Numbered from the whole stretch's first letter, positions 33,567 to 46,382 are shown. The stretch: DNA of 61,546 nucleotides, filler included, from 9 parts of 9 records of this genome joined end to end with filler, not necessarily neighbours in it, one strand, 5' to 3'. Made by a program: numbers and translations. Notes: generated by a model from the sequence alone, not told the origin.

Positions 33567-35844
33567 TTAACAAACAGTACTATAAATGGAGAAAATGGCT
33601 TTGTCACTCAAATCACGCAGTGACGCTAGTAGATCATCTATGTCTCGTGGCTCAGCTGGCATCCCAAAGCTAGGCGTGGGCGCAGGTCCAGAGACAGTTG
33701 TTGCTGGTCTCTCTTTCGGGTCCGTTGGGTGCGTATTTAGATGTTCTAACTGGGCTTTGAATTCTGTGTTCCAGCTGGCTGCACTATGTAGCTCAGCCTC
33801 GAACTGTGATAGCTTGGCAGCCAACTGGCTCGGGGGAGCACAATCCGCTCTGCAACAAGCAGGTCAGCCAAGTGAGACAGGGTAAAGAGGTCACATTTGG
33901 TCGATCAATGCAGCAGGTTCCTGTTGTTCTATTGCAGCTTCATACTCAGCACGGGCTTGGGCGTCTGACAGTGCTGCTAAGGCCTAAGAACAGCTTAAGA
34001 CAAGGACGCGCGCCAAATTGCACCGCTGAGTCAGACTGGCCACAAAGGGCCTGCACTGGTGGTGGTGGTTTGAACGTGCTTGGGTAGCCACAGCCAGGTC
34101 GCAGATAGACAGAAGTGGGGTGAGTCTCTCGCAGGTGGGCGAGCCTATGGTACAGGCACACAATGAGTTGTCCGGGGTATGCGTGGTTCACCGAAAATCA
34201 ATGATGACTGCAAAGGCTGCATACCACAACCGCCCGCTGACTTGAGGATTGGAGGGTAGGTTCCCCAGGCTTAGCTGAGACCAGACTGTCTGATAGAGCG
34301 CAACGGCGAGCTGCTCCTGGTTTGAGGGGTGGCCCTCGCGCCGGAGATACGAAAGCAACGCGAGCCACCTGCGATCCCGCAGCTCAGAAACTACAACATG
34401 CTAAGGTCTGCAAGAGCTCATGATACACACCAAAATTCGCACGGGTCGAATCCTCCATCCTTGAGCTGGCTAGTCATCAGATCCATAGGCCACTCAGATG
34501 CCGGCAGCAACACCTGGCGCATCCCGGGATGAGCCGATTTGCCAAGAAGAGGAGGTCAACCTCCTCGAGTGCGCTGATCAAGCTGGCGACCATTTCAGAG
34601 GAGTTCCATCCGATCCGAGGTCCCAGTATCGTACTTTCTTCCATATCTGGTATTGGCCATGCTATCTGGCTCAGAGCCTGGACGTCTGCAATGAGATCAC
34701 CCACAATGCTGCAAACCCACGTTACATATATGTCACCAGCAGAGGTCTTACCTGTTGAATAAACCAATTGAGTACTCTGGAGTGCTGCATGACGGGACCA
34801 CCCACAGCTGATCAAGCCGGTGTTGAAGCGCATCTCCAAGGCTCGAATGGCACTCTAGCACTGGCTGTTTGGGGCATTTCGATCCGAGCCATGTCAGTGC
34901 TTGATCGAGCCTAGTGCTCGGAGATGGGAGCTCTTCTCCCCAATAGTTGCGTTGTATGTGCACCTAATCAATCTCAATCTGAGAACTGACAGACGCGCTA
35001 GGATTCGCCTACCATGTGGACGCTCAGTATCGAACATTGCTGGCGAATCCAGTCCAAGTCGAGCGAACTCTCCAAATCATCCGGCATTGGTGTACCATAA
35101 GGCGAGACGAACACCAACAGGAGAGGAACAGCAGTTGGCTGGGGAATCGCAGCCACCAACTCTCGGAGTAAAGTCGCTTGAGTATCACCATCGCATACAA
35201 ATATGAGAGCTTGGCAGCAAGATGTTTCTATGGCAAAGTCGGCCCAGTTTAATTTCTCGCCACTTGGCACCGTAACCTGTCACATGAATTCAAGTCTTAC
35301 TCAGCGCCGGCGACTCACTTGCGTGCCTTTGATCGACAGTCTCCTCCGCCGCTGTTTAGGATAGCCTCCTTCAATGGAGTCATCGCTGTCAGCGACCTCC
35401 ACCGTGTAGTTGCATAAGACCAGAGGCTTGTTGCAAGGATTACTGGCCAGTTTTGCTGGAATCCGCTGTAGCCTGGTGCTGATCCACTCCAAAGCACTGC
35501 TCTTGGCTTGTCCGACCACCACAAATTTCCAGAATAGGGCTTCTGCTTCAGGGTTGTCCTTAGTGAGGCATGGGGCAAGGACATGGGCGATCGCCACACT
35601 CTGGACTACTTCGCGTCTCGTTCGCTTGCTGACTTCATTGAATTCTTTCCATAGGGCTAGTTTAGAATCGCCAGTGCCTTGCAGTAGCGGCGGACGAGTT
35701 ACTGCCCTGAATGCTGTCATGCGCGCATACCTCTTCTCGCTCTGCTCCCGACTCTCTAACACTTTCTTGCGCTCTGCTTCCTTGATTGCTTTTTCAAGTT
35801 TAATACGCTCGGCTTCTACACGCTTCCGCTCCTCCTCTATCTCC
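33567..35844 (-). CDS. C-terminal part of a SAC3/GANP-like protein (5' truncated)
   Basis: LFWKFVVV...LEWISTRL, then PLLLVFVS, a late W....Y segment and a coiled end, resembling GANP/SAC3B C-terminal regions; several short introns. The PCI domain is not in the window. Confidence 0.45.
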
Positions 35845-35944
35845 NNNNNNNNNNNNNNNNNNNNNNNNNNNNNNNNNNNNNNNNNNNNTTAATTAATTAA
35901 NNNNNNNNNNNNNNNNNNNNNNNNNNNNNNNNNNNNNNNNNNNN
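35845..35944. other. Artificial contig-joining linker
   Basis: N-run + TTAATTAATTAA + N-run. Confidence 0.98.
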
Positions 35945-38784
35945 GACTGGAACTCGGACTGCCAATCATGCACCTTTTTCTTGAGGAAGCGGTTGCATTC
36001 CTGTTCAACGTTGTAGTGGATGATCCGGGAGAATTCCTCTTGCCACAATTTGAGGCCGTAGCAAGCTATGTAATCCTGGATGTATTCAAAGGATTGGAGG
36101 AAGATTGTTATCCGCCGGGCGAGGGACTGAAGCTGGGCTTCAAAATCGGCCAGCTTGGTGTTTGATTTGAATACAAGTTCTTGATGGAGAGTGAGCGCCA
36201 GCTGCTGTACCAACTCGTAACGGATGCCATCCTCAAGGATTTTCTTCGGCTCAATCTCAATGCAGCCAACCAATGTAGCTTGCATCATCAACACAGACCG
36301 AGTGAGGATCGAAATCTCATTGGTAGCTCTCCCCAGCTTGTATCGGCTCTCACTTTGTGCATAGTCCTTTAGGGTGGTCCTCACCACCCGGGTAGGCAGC
36401 TCTTGAAAGTTGTAGTCATTCCGGGTGGATATGATATCCTTCAGCCAACCAAACACTGACTGAGGAATCACTGCCAGAACGGTCCGCACAAATTGTACCA
36501 ATTCTGACGAGTAGAATTCAGACAAGTCATCCAAATCCACTGTGTTCCCTGACTGCACAATCCGTAAGGTAGGCAACTCCAGGATGGACACAAGCTTCAA
36601 AATCAGCGTGCGCACCGCCTCTGTCCTGCTTGGCTCTTTAAAAATCAATGTGTGGATTAACGCTACGTAACTGTCCAAAATCTCCCAGCCATACGATAAG
36701 TCGCAGACTGAGACAAATGTGTTCATCGTTGCCTCTGAAATGTTGGCGGTCCGGATCATGTGCCGAAGGAATGTGCGGCTCTCTTCCAGAAACTGCTTGA
36801 CTTGCATGTTTCCCCCCACCTGGCAGCCAGTCAGCAATAGCTTAGTGTCAGCTTGGCACCTGACGATATAGCTGGATCTCTTCCAGCGCCACAGAGATCT
36901 GCTGAATTTGCCTTCCAGCCTTCAGCGCGTCTGAACAATCAAGCTCGCGCATCTTCTCCTGCATGTCTAGGAACCAATTCTGCAGAGCCTCGTCCTTGGC
37001 CTGACCAGACTGTGAGGAAGCTGTACCTAACAGTGAAACACACCTGTCTTGCCAGCTGCCTCTCTCCAGAGTAAAAGTCTGCCAGCTCTCCCATCCGAAG
37101 CACGGATTCCTCCTGTCCGAACAGTCACCAACTCAATCTACTGTAGAACAACCTTGTACTCGTTCCATTTGGCTTCCTTGTTCTCAAGGAGATCGTTGAA
37201 CATACGCTTGACTTTGTCTTCAAACTGCGATGCCTTCAGCAGCACAATCAGGATCTCGTTCTCTGAGATCCCGCCATCGTTGTTTGACTTCCTCATAATC
37301 TCCCTCAGCTTTTTGTTCTCCGACAGCCTGTGCAGCATCAACCAACGAATGGTGACATTGGCTGTGCGCATGCAGTCCAGGATCGTCTTAGTGTTGTCCA
37401 GCAGTAGGTCATCAGTCAAGTATCCGTCCACAAGGAAATTACTCAACTCCTTGAACGTATCTTTCAGGTTCTGTCAACACATCAGTCCTGCTTCCAGGCC
37501 CGGGCAGGCGCCTGAACGTGCTTGGTGTGCAGCATGTGCACAATGTCCAAGTCTTTGAGGATTGTGTTATTCATTGCTTCCATCGCGGCCTTGTATGGAG
37601 CCCAGGAGACAAACAGGTCCAGATGGAATCCCATGTAGAACGTGATCACCCAGTTATCCGGAAAATACCGGTCGACAATCTCGCGCATCACAGGCCTGTC
37701 CCCCGACTGGTGACATCAGGCCGCAGACTAACAGACCGGTCATGCATGAGCGTTTCAGGCACAAAGAAAAGACACACGTACAGCATTGCTGCCTGCCCTG
37801 CGAATGCACACGAACGGTGCTCCGGGTTGGGGAAGGCGGCTCGTTGGTTGTACATGTCGTCGGACCTGCCTCTCTCCGCTCAGCCTCGGATCAGGCTGAG
37901 ACCAACCTCAGCCGGCCCAGCACCGCTCGGATCAGCGGCTGCGGGATCTCAAACCGTGAGAACAGCTCCTCGGGCCAGGCCTCCGGCCGTTTGCCCTTTG
38001 GGGTGAATCCGGATGATTTGCACAGCCGGCAGACCTCTGTGTGCTCGTACAGCTCCGAAGTTCCAGTGTATCGCAGGTGCGCGATGATCAGCCGCTCCCT
38101 CACGGCGCCTGCCAGTCTGCTGTGAGAGGCCGGGCTGGCGGTGTGGCACCAGGTATTTTGTATTCCATGAGCAGCAGCATTACGCCATATAGGTACAGTG
38201 CCTCGCACAGCTGCGCCCCCTGGCTCAGCACCAGCCTGCACCAGGCCCACACCAGCTGCTTGCCGTCGCCATCAGCCAGCAGCCCGTCGATCGAGTATTG
38301 AATGTACGAGCCTGCCCACCCGGGGCTGTGGCACAACGAGCGCTGCGGGCAGCACCGTCCTCGAGGTCTCTGACGAATTGCAGCGTGTCTTTGATGTACA
38401 GGTACATCGACTCGAATAGGGTGTAGAACCGCTCGAGCACTGCGCTGTGGCTTTCTTGGAAATCCTGCCGGCCGGTCAGTCTGGCGGCCTGCTGTTCGCG
38501 GTGCCTGGTCCAGCTCGAGCAGGTCGTCGTTGTTGTGGATCGACTCGTCCAGCGACTCCTGCAGCGTGAGCCACTTGAAGTCGAATATGATCCCCCCGTA
38601 CTTGGCCTGGTCCTCCTTCTCGTTCAGCCTGCGCCAGCTCAGGGCCAGCCCGGCCGCTGCGGTGCCGGAAGATGGGCGGGACGTGGTCAGCCATCCGGAG
38701 CAGCTCGGCGATGATGGCGTTCCCCCGCCCGACCACGGTGAGCAGCCGCCGCCCGCACAGATTGTTCTCCTCCAGCAGGTCCAT
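35945..38784 (-). CDS. WASHC5: Strumpellin (WASH complex subunit 5), multi-intron, 3' truncated
   Basis: MDLLEENNLCG..LL.VVGRGNAIIAELLR, EALYLYGVMLL, MREIVDRYFPDNWVI, LLEDGIR-like ILEDGIR, FEYIQDY....GLKLWQEEFSRII.YNVEQECN.FL. Confidence 0.95.
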
Positions 38785-38904
38785 GGCGCGCTGTGCTCCG
38801 AGCCTGGCCGCGGGGTGTTGGCAACCGGTGCCGATCCCTCCGTCCAACTCCAACGGACGGACCTTCAAGCCGATGAGCGCCGAGTGCGAGTAGCCGACAG
38901 ACGG

Positions 38905-40438
38905 ATGCCTCGTGAGCTGGTGACGGTCCAAGTAGGCCAGTGCGGCAACCAGGCACGACCCCGCCCGCCCAGCTGCTGGCGGCCAACGCGCCGCAGGTGG
39001 GCGCCCAGTTTTGGAAAGCGGCGCTGCAGGAGCACGCCGCTGTGGCCCGGAATGCCACATTCGACGAGAGCATGTCCTCGTTCTTCCGGAACGTGGACTC
39101 GCGGCACGACGACCCGGTGGAGATCCCGGTGGGCGACGGGACCGGCCCGATCAAGTGCCTGAAGGCGCGGGCGGTGCTGGTGGACATGGAGTGCGGGGTG
39201 CTGAACGAGCTGCTCCACGGCCCGCTGGCCGAGCTGTTCGACCAGCGCCAGCTGATCTCCGACGTGTCGGGCGCCGGGAACAACTGGGCGCACGGGCATG
39301 AAGTTTACGGCCCGCAGTACCACGAGCAGCTGACCGACACGTTCCGGCGGACGGCCGAGTTGTGCGACTCGCTGCAGTCATTCTTCCTGCTGCACTCTCT
39401 GGGCGGGGGGACCGGCTCCGGCATGGGCTCATACATCCTCGAGCTGCTCGCCGATCAGTTCCCAGCGGTGTACCGATTCGCAGCGCCGATCTTCCCGTCG
39501 GCAGACGATGACGTGGTGACCTCGCCATACAACTCTATGCTCACGCTGCAAGCCCTGACCGAGCACGCTGACTGCGTGCTGCCGATTGAGAACCAGGCGC
39601 TGGCAGAGATTGTGGAGCGGTACCCGTCGCGGGGTAAGCCCAAGGCCAAAGGTGCGGCCAATGCGTGCTGTGTCCAGCTGATGATCTCGACTCTGTGCAG
39701 TGAGTGCATGGGACGACATGAATCAATTGGCAGCCTCGATGATCACCAACCTCACCGCGGGGGTTCGCTTCGGCGGCTCGCTCAACATTGACCTCAACGA
39801 GATATCAATGAATATGGTCCCATTCCCTCGATTACACTTCCTGGTCGCGGGAATGGCGCCGCTAGGACCCCCACGCGGCATCGATGCATTGTTTACGGAG
39901 GCGTTTCACCGGAACAATCAGCTGATGGCCGCAGATGTGCGCGGCCATCGCTTCTTGGCCTCTGCTGTATTGGTTCGAGGCAAGGTGCCGATGGCGCAAG
40001 CCAATGCGAGTATAGCTAAGCTGCAACGCGGCTTGGAGACGATACACTGGAATAGGCAGGGGTTTAAGCTCGGGCTCTGCTCTGTCCCGCCAGTGGGGTC
40101 GGAGGCATCTGTGCTCGGACTTTCGAACAACTGTGCGGTCGGGAACACGTTCGCTGCCATCCAGGACCGATTCATGCAACTGTAAGGCTAGCTGCCGAGT
40201 GGACATTGTTGGCTGACTCTAGCTCTGCACAGGTACAGGGTCAAGGCACATGTGCACCACTACACCCAGTTCATGCCGATTGAAGCAATCGACGAGAGTT
40301 TGAACTGTGTCAGCGATTTGGTTGAGCGCTACGTTGAATTAAGCGAGGTGCGCATGCTGTTGAGTTGCTGAGCAGCCTCGATCACAGGTGGAGCCACCCA
40401 ACGAGCCCACCTCACGAATACGACCATACAACTTATGA
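38905..40438 (+). CDS. TUBE1: Epsilon-tubulin, about 4 introns
   Basis: MPRELVTVQVGQCGNQ, LKARAVLVDMECGV, SDVSGAGNNWAHG, HSLGGGTGSG, DDVVTSPYNS, KAHVHHY. First intron is GC-AG at 38953-38996; stop at 40436-40438. Confidence 0.93.
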
Positions 40439-40614
40439 ATTGAACTCTCGTCTGTTGATTAATTGAATAAACTTTGTATTCTAGGTTATTACTGACTCAT
40501 GTCATTACCGTATACACCACGCAACCACGGTTGTTACAAGTGCTGAATGTTACATGTTGAAATGCGGTTTGTCAATATTCATCACTCTTATTGAATGGCT
40601 GTACCATCACTGCG

Positions 40615-42000
40615 TCAAGGTGTTGTTTCCCCTTTTTCGGATAGTAGCTCGTCCTCGCCTGGTGGTAGCAACAATTTCCGCCCGTCGCCCGATTCCTCCT
40701 CCGTTTCCACTGGCTCGTGCTCACTGACACAGCAACGCCTGATTATGAGACTGGCCAGATTCCAGAGCAAGCTCCACCCGAGCATCCCAACTGCGCCTAC
40801 TTTGTACATTAAGTGATACCCGCGAGCCCCGCCGCCGCCCCGCTCTATCAACTGCCCGGCCAGCAGCGTGCCGACCACGCCTACCCCCAACAGATAGTAC
40901 ATGTTACCGATAACCGCCTGCATCAGTCCCTGCCCGGATGCCGGGGCGAGCCGGCTGGCGGCCTCCACACTGGCCACCCACATCCCAGCAAACACCAGCC
41001 CGTGTGTCGGCTCCAGCAGCAGGAACATCCACGGCTTGCCCAGAGGGATGAGCGTGTAGCAGTAGACCCGGACGGCATAGAGCAGGTGGGCTAGCGTGAT
41101 CAGGCCCTGGATCCCGACTTTGGCCACCAGCCTCTTCTCAAAGTGGAACACCGGGATCTCGAACACAGTCATCACCAGCACGCTGCAGCCCATCAGCGTG
41201 CTGCTCGCCCGGTACACCTCGGCCATGTACACGAGCAGAAAAGACTCCACGAAAGCCACCATCGTCCCGGTCACCAGCAGGTTTGCAAACAGCAGCAGCG
41301 GCGCCGGCCGGCAGAGCATCCGCGCGCTCGCGGTGGCTGGCCGGTCCGGCTCGGTCGAAGACTTGGGCGGGTTTGCAAAGAAGAGCTGTGTGATCCCGAC
41401 CACCAGCGCGATCGCGGCGATGAACACGTAGAAGATGCTGTTCATCCCAAACTGATCCACCAGCGCCCCGGCTGCCGCGTTCATCCCGCCCCAGCCGACC
41501 GCCGCCCAGAGCCGCTGCTCCCCGTAGCTGGCGCCCTCCGCCTTGACGAACAGCACGGTGACCGAGTCGATCAAGCTGCCGGTGCAGCTGTTGAACAGGC
41601 TGAACAGCACCGTGAGCCCCATCAGCCGCCACTCGGCCTGCTGCACCCAGCGCCACATGTGCCCAGCCACGAGCCCAGCCGCCAGCACCGCGGTCACGAC
41701 GATGATTTGCTTGTACCGGCCAGTCCAGTCGGCCAGCTGGCCCCAGATCAGCGAGCCGGCGAACGAGGCCAGGCTGCCCACAGTGTTGAAGAGCGCCAGC
41801 CCCGAGGCCGAATAGCCCAGGTTGTGGTAGAAGACGGGCAGGAACTTTCGCAGCCCGGCGCTGCTCCCAGCCAAGAGGAAGTACAACGCCTTGAGCACCC
41901 ACAGTCTGGACCCTTGTTTACGCACTGGCTCCGGCTCACCCGCCATCAGGCCGGTTCGTGGCTCGGCCGGCCCCTCCGCGGCCGGCGCCGGCTCCTCCAT
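40615..42000 (-). CDS. MFS transporter (MFS_1_like / MFSD6-like)
   Basis: About 12 TM segments; WGQLADWTG, YGEQRLWAAVGWG, FEIPVF, LEPTHGL. Confidence 0.9.
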   Translation of the reverse strand: MEEPAPAAEGPAEPRTGLMAGEPEPVRKQGSRLWVLKALYFLLAGSSAGLRKFLPVFYHNLGYSASGLALFNTVGSLASFAGSLIWGQLADWTGRYKQIIVVTAVLAAGLVAGHMWRWVQQAEWRLMGLTVLFSLFNSCTGSLIDSVTVLFVKAEGASYGEQRLWAAVGWGGMNAAAGALVDQFGMNSIFYVFIAAIALVVGITQLFFANPPKSSTEPDRPATASARMLCRPAPLLLFANLLVTGTMVAFVESFLLVYMAEVYRASSTLMGCSVLVMTVFEIPVFHFEKRLVAKVGIQGLITLAHLLYAVRVYCYTLIPLGKPWMFLLLEPTHGLVFAGMWVASVEAASRLAPASGQGLMQAVIGNMYYLLGVGVVGTLLAGQLIERGGGGARGYHLMYKVGAVGMLGWSLLWNLASLIIRRCCVSEHEPVETEEESGDGRKLLLPPGEDELLSEKGETTP

Positions 42001-42434
42001 CAGCGTATACAGGGAGTCGCAAATCCGTTAGATGTGTTGTCTCGCGGCGGCTGCGGGCTTGTGGCTGAAGGGCTACAACGCCCCGGACCGGCCATCACCC
42101 CACCCGAGGACCTCCTAGTAAGAGCTACTGGCTGGCCGGGCACCCCGCAGCTCCCGCCGGCGCCGGCTCCGCCTCGGCTTGAACCGAGGCTTACTACATG
42201 ATTGAACGGACTCAATAATCCGTGGTGCCCGTGGTGCCCAACTCTATTCGACGTGGACCTCGAGCACTTATCCATCACACGGCGGCTTTCACACGGCCGC
42301 CGCTTGATGGGGGCCGCATAGGTCTACGTCCAAATGGTCCAATCGGTGGACCAACGTCTGTAGCGGCGTCCGACGGTTATACTGGCACCAACGGAACAAC
42401 ACGTCACTGATCGAAAAGCCAATCGCGAACGAGA

Positions 42435-42539
42435 ATGTCTGCTGCCCCAATCGAGCCGGTGACGACTGATGTGCACGGTCCGACGGAAGAAGTGAAGAAG
42501 GTCGAGGGCAAGACCGCCGTGGAGGTCCACGCCAACGGG
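42435..42539 (+). CDS. Possible 5' fragment of a gene (MSAAPIEPV...)
   Basis: 35 open codons to the linker; CCAAT-like motifs upstream. Confidence 0.3.
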
Positions 42540-42639
42540 NNNNNNNNNNNNNNNNNNNNNNNNNNNNNNNNNNNNNNNNNNNNTTAATTAATTAANNNNN
42601 NNNNNNNNNNNNNNNNNNNNNNNNNNNNNNNNNNNNNNN
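42540..42639. other. Artificial contig-joining linker
   Basis: N-run + TTAATTAATTAA + N-run. Confidence 0.98.
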
Positions 42640-43056
42640 CGCCCCGTCCGAGACCGTGATCCAGATCGACGCGCCGGAGGTCAGGTCCATGTTGGTGCAC
42701 CCGTTAGCACGGACCGGGATGTAGATGTCGTCCGACATGGAAGTACATTCAAAATCCCGGTCGTACGACTGGATGCGAACCCACAGATCCTCGGCCGGCC
42801 GCTCGCTGGGCGGTATGCACTCGAGAGGCACTTGCCGGGCCGCCTGATGCCGCCGCACCCGCCTCGCCAGCGCTTCATGCTCAGAAGACTGGCCCCGGGC
42901 CAACTTGATGCATTTGCCGGCGCTGTCCTCGAAGGTGCGGCCCCACTCAGGCTCTTGTATGGTCCTGCGGAGCCGGGCGCACACCGCATCGATATCGGCC
43001 GCACCCACGGTCGCGGCAAGCACCGCTAGAGACACGAGAATTAGACGGATCGCCAT
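42640..43056 (-). CDS. 5' fragment of a secreted protein
   Basis: Signal peptide MAIRLILVSLAVLAATVGAA; Cys-containing; runs into the linker. Confidence 0.6.
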
Positions 43057-43113
43057 GACAGAAATCCCAACTGAATTATTATTACCGTAGCGCACCGCCG
43101 CCGGTCACCGGAG

Positions 43114-44490
43114 ATGCGGCAGCAGCCGGCTAGCGAGCCGGCGCGGGAGTGGCCGGGCGGCTGGCAGCGGTTCTGGGTGCTGGGCCTGTTCGCCTGGCTG
43201 GGCACCCAGCAGTGCTACTGCTGGTACACATTCGGCTCGCTGCCCGGCCAGACCGCAGCCTATTTTGGCCAGTCGGCGCACTGGGGCGACAGTTTCTCGG
43301 ACCTGTCGATGGACTACGGCGCCATCGTCTTCGTGGCCGTGGTCCCGCTCTGCGCCTGGTCGCTCCGGCAGCCGGGCGGGCTCCCACGAGCCATGCGCTG
43401 CTCGGCCTGCCTCACCGCACTCGGTTGCCTGCTCAGGTTCGTACCTTGCTTCGTGGCCCCGCGCAGCCGACGCCGGCGGGCCCAGATGGTCTGGTTGCTC
43501 CACCTGGGCTCGATCCTCAACGCGGCGGTGGGCGCGCTCTACCAGTCGGCCGCCTCCCAACTCTCAGCGGGCTGGTTCGGCCCCGAGCAGCGAACCACGG
43601 CCACAGCAGTGGCCTACTCGGGCGGCAATCTCGGCATGGTGCTCGGGTACGCGGCCGGGTACGGGTTTGGGGCGGAAGGCGGGCTGCCGGCGCTGTTGCT
43701 CACACAGCTCCTGATCTCGCTGGTGCCGCTGGTGGCTGTGCTCTCACACTGCCCCGGCCCGCCCTCACAGACCAGTGGACCAGCCGGGAGTGCAGGGAGC
43801 GAACTGCGGCAGCTGATTAAGGACGCCGGCCGGCTGGTCAGTGACCGGTCGGTGCTGCTGCTGCTGCTGGCAGGCGGGGCGGAAGCAGGCGCAAATGCGG
43901 CGTGGGGAGGGCTGCTACCTCAGATATTCGCCACCCGATACAGCCAGAGCGCAGAGCTGGCCAACTTGTGCGGGCTAGTCAACTGTGCCGGCTCGCTAGG
44001 CGGGATGCTCCTTAGCGGCCGGCTGGCAGACCGCTGCTTCCGGGGGCGGCTGCTGCAGATGATGCTCTGGCTGTTTGGGCTGAGTACTGCAGTCAACTGC
44101 TTGATCAGCTTGATGTTTGGTGGACCCTGGGGCGGGCCGGTGCTCGAGCTCGGGCGTGGCTGGCTGATGCTGGTGATGGGGCTGGCCGGGATGCTCCAAG
44201 GGATGCTGGATCCGCTCTTCCTAGAACTGGCGGCAGAGCTCAGCTGGCCGGTGCCTGAAGGCACCTCAGCGGGGCTGCTGACACTGCTTTACAACCTTGC
44301 CGCGTTGGCGGTGCTCACCCTCTCGCCGTTTATTAGTGCCAAGGCGATCAACATGATCTACACCGGAGTATTTGCTTGCTGCTTTGTGATGCTCCTAGGA
44401 GTGAAGCAACGATATAAGAGATCCGAGGCTGAGCTGCTAGCGGCCGAATCAAGATTGCTCCATGAGCCCACGCTTATTGACGCTAAATAA
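43114..44490 (+). CDS. MFS transporter, SLC49 (FLVCR/DIRC2)-like
   Basis: RFWVLGLF....QQCYCWYTFG, LSAGWFGPEQRTTATA, LELAAELSWPVPEG, YKRSEAE; about 12 TM. Confidence 0.88.
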   Translation: MRQQPASEPAREWPGGWQRFWVLGLFAWLGTQQCYCWYTFGSLPGQTAAYFGQSAHWGDSFSDLSMDYGAIVFVAVVPLCAWSLRQPGGLPRAMRCSACLTALGCLLRFVPCFVAPRSRRRRAQMVWLLHLGSILNAAVGALYQSAASQLSAGWFGPEQRTTATAVAYSGGNLGMVLGYAAGYGFGAEGGLPALLLTQLLISLVPLVAVLSHCPGPPSQTSGPAGSAGSELRQLIKDAGRLVSDRSVLLLLLAGGAEAGANAAWGGLLPQIFATRYSQSAELANLCGLVNCAGSLGGMLLSGRLADRCFRGRLLQMMLWLFGLSTAVNCLISLMFGGPWGGPVLELGRGWLMLVMGLAGMLQGMLDPLFLELAAELSWPVPEGTSAGLLTLLYNLAALAVLTLSPFISAKAINMIYTGVFACCFVMLLGVKQRYKRSEAELLAAESRLLHEPTLIDAK

Positions 44491-44774
44491 TTAAAATCAA
44501 TTCTATATAATCGCATTCATTCGGGAGCTCGAGCCTTGGCCTGGGCCAAAATATCAAATATAAACCGGTAATAAACCAGTGAGAGATCTAGTAGTAGAGC
44601 ACTCGATTGCGTATGCAGATTTCGTATCTTTGTTGAGTCTATGTTGAGTCCCTGGTATCTGTACCTCCTCCGTTGCACAGGGCTCAAGCGCTCGATGAGT
44701 AGCACTCGATTAGCACTACTGCAGTTGTAAGTTGTATTCGTGGTAAGAGAGTCGATTCTTGGCTGATGAGGAGA

Positions 44775-46364
44775 TCATAGCTCTTCGTCATTCTCATCGT
44801 TGTCTTCCTCTTGATCTTCCTGCTCCTCGACCTGCTGGTCGTCTGCTTCGTTCTCCTGGTAATCCTTCAGCTCCTTGTGGCCTTCAGCTACAATTTCATC
44901 GTGAACGCCTTTTGATGCTTCACTTCCGCTCTTCGCTGTTTCGTGCTCGTCTTGGGCAGTGAGTGCCATTGTCTTGTTGCAAAAGTCGACTCCTGCCTGG
45001 GCCGCGTGGGTGATCTTTTCGTTGGAGTAGGCCGAGCCAGGGTCGATGTCTTCGAACACCGTATTCACCATCACACTCACCATATCTGTCGCTAGCTTGC
45101 CTCCAATCGAGTGCACGACGCCGTTGATCCCTCCCTTCACCGCAGCATAGACAACGTCGATACACATCAGGGCTGCGGCAGCCAGGAACCCTCCGATGAT
45201 AGGAATCTCTCCGAGTGAAGTAACGATCGATGTCGACATCGCGGTCACGGCTTTATCAACAGCATCCCAGAGCACTTTAAGCAGCTTATCGAGCATGTCG
45301 TTGACAAACTTCGTGACCATCGCCGACAACTCGAGCGTGATAAACTCCCTTAGGAAGGCCATCGCGTGCTCTGCGGCCAGCTTCGAGCCCCGGAGCATAC
45401 TGATGGCATCCGCCAGCGTGCCTGAGGTGTCTGATTGTTCGTGCAGCTGGGCAAGATAATCGAGCAGGATCGGCCCGAGCTTTCTCTCGATCTTGGGCAT
45501 AATCTTGACCGCCATACGCGCCATCCGGAGCTCGTGCTTGTAAGCCTTGAACTTGGCCTTGGCCTTCTTCCACTGCTTCTTGCACTTCTTCCTCGCGTCG
45601 CGCTTGAGGTCTCTCAGGTGTCGCACCTCATCCCTCCGGTGCCGCCGGTTATGCCGCCTCTTGTGTCGCCTCTCCTTGCGCTTGTGGTGCCGTTCTCGGT
45701 GATTCTTCATCTGGACCAGCTCCTCTTCGACGTTACGGAACGGCGCGCACGCTGAAGCTTTCATCCCATCGCCGTGCCGGAGCGCCCTCTTGCAGTGATG
45801 GAAGTCATGCCTGCGCCCGGTAAGCCGAGCTCAACCCCAGGCGCACCGCACTGCCTTTCGGCACGCATGGTAGACGTGCCGAGCGTGTCGCTTGATCTCC
45901 CTCCGATGGTGCTTCTCGGCCTTGAGCTTGTGGTAACGCTTCTCGGCCCGCTGTCGCTGCCACGAGAGCATCTTGTGGACGTGCAGCGGCTGGGCCAGGC
46001 TGGTGGGCGTGTCAGTCTCGTTCCCGTGCGGCGTCTTGAACACCGACGTTGTCCGGCGGCGGTGAACTTTTTTGGGCCAGGCCGGTCCGGAAGAGGATTC
46101 ACTGGAGGATTCACTGGAGGAGGACTCGCCAGATGTGGACTCGCTCGGTGTGGGTGAGGATTCCGTCGACGAGGACTCGTCGGACGAGGACTCGTCGGAT
46201 GAGGACTCGTCCGACTGTGCAAAGTCGGTCTCCTGCCCGAACTTGCCGGGCACCGGCGAGTCTTCCACGATCAGCTGCTCCGGGAGCGGCGCCCCGTCGT
46301 CAAACGCGATCGCCCCGAGCACCGCTGCCAGAACCAGCAGCGCAACCCCGACACTCTTTGCCAT
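44775..46364 (-). CDS. Secreted polyampholyte protein, paralog A (1 intron)
   Basis: Signal MAKSVGVALLVLAAVLGAIA; DESSS repeats; basic His/Arg region; GT-AG intron at 45811-45846 restores HACRKAVRHDFHHCKRAL; hydrophobic SLGEIPIIGGFLAAAA; acidic tail ending DEEL. Confidence 0.85.
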
Positions 46365-46382
46365 GTCTGTGAGACGAGGTTG

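Noticed and set aside
38905-40438. Beta- or delta-tubulin
   Set aside because: KARAVLVDME.GV, DVSGAGNNWA.G, DDVVTSPYNS and KAHVHHY are epsilon-type.
46100-46215. 15-bp tandem repeats as a possible CRISPR-like array
   Set aside because: They encode DESSS/ESSS repeats in paralog A, have no unique spacers, and no cas genes are present.
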